A stretch of 63,082 nt of DNA, counting the filler, from Globobulimina sp. (Eukaryota): NCBI GenBank assembly GCA_003354225.1. It is 23 parts of 23 records of this genome, joined end to end, with 100 filler letters (N's around TTAATTAATTAA, not from the genome) between each part and the next. Parts side by side here need not be neighbours in the genome. Positions count along the whole stretch, not along the records: positions 57,693 to 60,337 come from PIVH01005552.1; positions 60,438 to 63,082 come from PIVH01005553.1; 21 more parts are not named here. One strand, given 5' to 3'. The position numbers and the translations under genes are program-made. The notes beneath the pieces are model-generated. The model saw nothing but the letters and a program-made list of their open reading frames with translations. It was not told the origin of the DNA and ran no database searches. This document shows, in pieces, positions 60,157-63,082 of this stretch (the first letter of the stretch is position 1; each line of letters opens with the position of its first letter).

Positions 60157-60437
60157 ATACTTGTAAAAAAAATAAAAGTGTACTTGAAAAAACCAAATAA
60201 AAAAAAATATTTTGTACTGCAGCAGAAATGTCAACAGGTTTTGTTTAGAACTCAGTGACTAATATCGGAATTATAGTAATATGTATGTTTCCATAAATAG
60301 TCGTTCATTTCATGTATACCATAATTTCAAATAACACNNNNNNNNNNNNNNNNNNNNNNNNNNNNNNNNNNNNNNNNNNNNTTAATTAATTAANNNNNNN
60401 NNNNNNNNNNNNNNNNNNNNNNNNNNNNNNNNNNNNN

Positions 60438-62523
60438 CTATGGAGCTACCTTCGGCTATGCCTGTCAGAATGTCATTATTAACTCGAATGACGCAACATA
60501 TCTGAAAGTGAACTGCACAAATTATAGAGATTGCTTATATGCAACAATAAACTGTGGCGATTCTGCAAATTGTGATGTGTATTGTAGAGGGTATGCGTAT
60601 GGATATAATTGTGATACTGTCACATTAAATTGTGGCACTTCAAAATGCAGTGTTACTTGTCATGATGATTCCAGTTGCTTTGATATTAATGTTATTTCTT
60701 CTCTTGGTACGTATTTTATAACCATACATTGTATTTAATATAAATTATATAAGCAACAAAATTATTATTCATATACAAATTATACAGCACTTTCCTTTAA
60801 ATGTATTGGCTCCTCCACCGCGTGCAGTGCAGCACCACCACCATTTTCATCGCCAACGCAAAATCCAGCAACTCCTTCACCAACACCGTCGCCAACTGCT
60901 GCGCCATCAACACTGTCACCAATTGCTACGCCAACGTGGCCACCAACATCTAATCCAACCACTAATATACCCACAACCACTCCACCTACAACATCTCAAC
61001 CAACGTCGCAGCCAACTCCCCAACCAACAACATTCCAACCAACCACATTCCAACCTTCCTTTGCGCCACAAACACATCGCCCCACGTCCAACGCACCAAC
61101 AACATTACAACCTACATTCGCACCGCAAACACATGGTCCCACCACTAATAAACCAACAACATCCAGGCCGACAACGTATGTTCCAACCTCCAGTCCAACA
61201 TTGAGGCCAACGATTGGATCAAATACGAATAATCCGTCGCATTCCGCCAGCAAAGCCACAGAAATACAATCTAGTGAATCTACAGCATCACCGACTCGAT
61301 TTGATGAATCACCAAAATCCCAAAATGGTGTATATTTTCAGGAAATCCAACTTGTATTAATCTGTACATTTTGTGTCATAATTCTCGCCTCTTACATCGA
61401 TGCCAAATATGTGAGAAATAATGATTTTTATGTTTTTGGTGCATTGGTAACGGCTTCTGTTCAGACTTTGGATCTCATCTCGGACATATTTTTCAGCCTT
61501 CATATCAATGTCAATGTCAATGTCAATCAGCCTTCATATCAATTAACAGTTATTTTGCTAATCTCAATTATTTGTATTTTGTTGCCTGCGCTGATGAGTT
61601 TGGTTCAGCTCCATTTTGAGATTAAGCAATGGCTTCAAAAAGGAAATGATTCCTTAAATGAATGGATCAGAGAGAATGTGCAAATCTTATTTGTTGTTTC
61701 AGCAATTTGTGGCAGCGCATTTACAGGAATCGAGTTGGCATATTGCAATGCGTTTGGTTTGCGCCAATTTGATATTCCACTCTCAAAAATACAGTTAACC
61801 TCATTCCAAAGCAAACGAATTTATTCCACGGTTTTGTTGGAGAACATACCTCAATTAATGGTACAGATTTGGTTTGTCATTATCTGCGGAAATGAAACGA
61901 ATGTTATCGTCTATTCTTCCATCATATTCTCCATTTTATCCATCATCACATCGATAATGTCCATCATCACACAGCGAAGAATAATGAGAGAGAGACATTT
62001 TGTGTCTGTCCGCTTTGATGTGATGGGACAAAGAATTGTGATGAAGGCACACAAACTTCGTAATTGTATTAAAAGCATAAAGCGGCAAATCGCGGCCTTG
62101 CTGGGTTTGGATATTCATATTTTGGAGATCTTGCGGCCAAATCCAACCCGAAACGGATTGCATATTCATATAAATATTTACATCAATCATACTCAAGCAA
62201 TAGACGGCAATATTAAAGCGACGATGAAAGAGGCCAAAAATGTTGGATTGTTGGCTCGCATTTTTAAGGAAGGCTGGAAATTAAAATGTGTTCCGATTAT
62301 CAGAAATGTAAAATATTGCATTCACGAATCAAAAGAACGGCGCGATAATACGGTTTTTATCAAAGCAGACAATGCATTTAATTATATTCCATTGATTGAG
62401 ATCAAACAAAATAAAAATAAAGGAATTCGGAATGCATTTAAGGAAGGAAATATAACACAATATTTTGAACGAGATGATGTTAGCAGTGATTCTGAAGAAT
62501 ATACAACCACTAAATATAAATAG
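60438..62523 (+). CDS. Cys-rich ectodomain + Pro/Thr stalk + XK-like multipass membrane protein (intron 60707-60787), 5' truncated
   Basis: C..C.(I/V).C repeats and PT repeats in frame with ORF 61201. DLISDIFF and LLENIPQL motifs in the TM region. Confidence 0.8.
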
Positions 62524-62610
62524 AAACTTGTTAAATGAGTAGATTGTATAAAAAGTGTTTCTGTTTCGAGAGAAAAAGGAGTTGATCAGAACTATCAATC
62601 TTAATTACAA

Positions 62611-62654
62611 CGTCTAACGTTTCGACTCATAAAGGACGTCTTCTTCAGGGAGCT
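62611..62654 (-). ncRNA. Orphan PLE-type minimal hammerhead motif
   Basis: Minus strand reads CC-CTGAAGA-A-GAC(gtcctttatga)GTC-GAAA-CGTT: canonical core, stem II GAC/GTC, palindromic ACGT. Stem I is weak. Confidence 0.7.
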
Positions 62655-63082
62655 AAAATTGAATTAAAACTGTTAAATGATTATATTGGATTTTGAGCAT
62701 GGCATCCTTTGTTGAGCAAAAGCAAAAAGATGATGGAAAAAAGCAATCGATTGATGTTGAAGAAGAGTCCGGTTATTTTGTGGAATCACCTGTCTTCAAT
62801 GCAGGTATTGTTTATGCGCCATTCATTTCGTTTTTTTTATATTTGTTGTGAAAAGACAATAGAAGCAGTCTTGAAAAATTATTATACGATCATTATATTT
62901 CCAAAAATATCAAAAAATATGAATCCTTTCCATCAAAAACATCAAAAGAAACTTTATTCAAAATATGGAAACATTTCAAAAACGAAAAGCTGGAAAATCA
63001 AAATGCAGCAAATATTAACGATTTGTTTGAATTAATATATGATAAAACTGATTCATTGCTGGCATTGAACACAAATGACAAA

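Overview
This is not a contiguous locus. It is a concatenation of 23 unrelated contigs of about 2.65 kb (2649 down to 2645 bp, sorted by length), joined by 22 artificial 100-nt linkers (44 N + TTAATTAATTAA + 44 N), so neighbourhood across linkers means nothing. Most contigs are AT-rich, gene-dense eukaryotic DNA with short GT-AG introns (about 58-185 nt) and the standard code. A protist origin, plausibly a foraminiferan/rhizarian, is my inference from gene style only. Recognisable genes include kinesin-2, a kinesin-8-like motor with a SAM domain, a PKG-type kinase, importin beta, BCS1, PECR, UBE2J1, ALDH3, GH125, a dual-specificity phosphatase, cAMP-receptor-like GPCRs, and RCC1/SPRY/Kelch/TLDc/C2H2 proteins. 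Mobile DNA comprises a near-complete Penelope-like retroelement (RT + GIY-YIG) with a hammerhead ribozyme motif, a second orphan hammerhead motif, a Ngaro/DIRS-like gag + RT fragment and a ~1.4-kb foldback element. Two bacterial fragments are fused to eukaryotic DNA and are probably amplification chimeras. The most interesting candidates are: a recurring 'LxxGY(I/Y)R...(I/L)P' box attached to three different substrate-binding folds (possible lineage-specific E3 adaptor system); an intron-containing eukaryotic gene with a phage tail-collar domain; a Cys4 insertion and variant hammerhead in the Penelope element; and an unnamed acidic domain shared by two contigs. All family assignments are from motif recognition by eye, not database searches.
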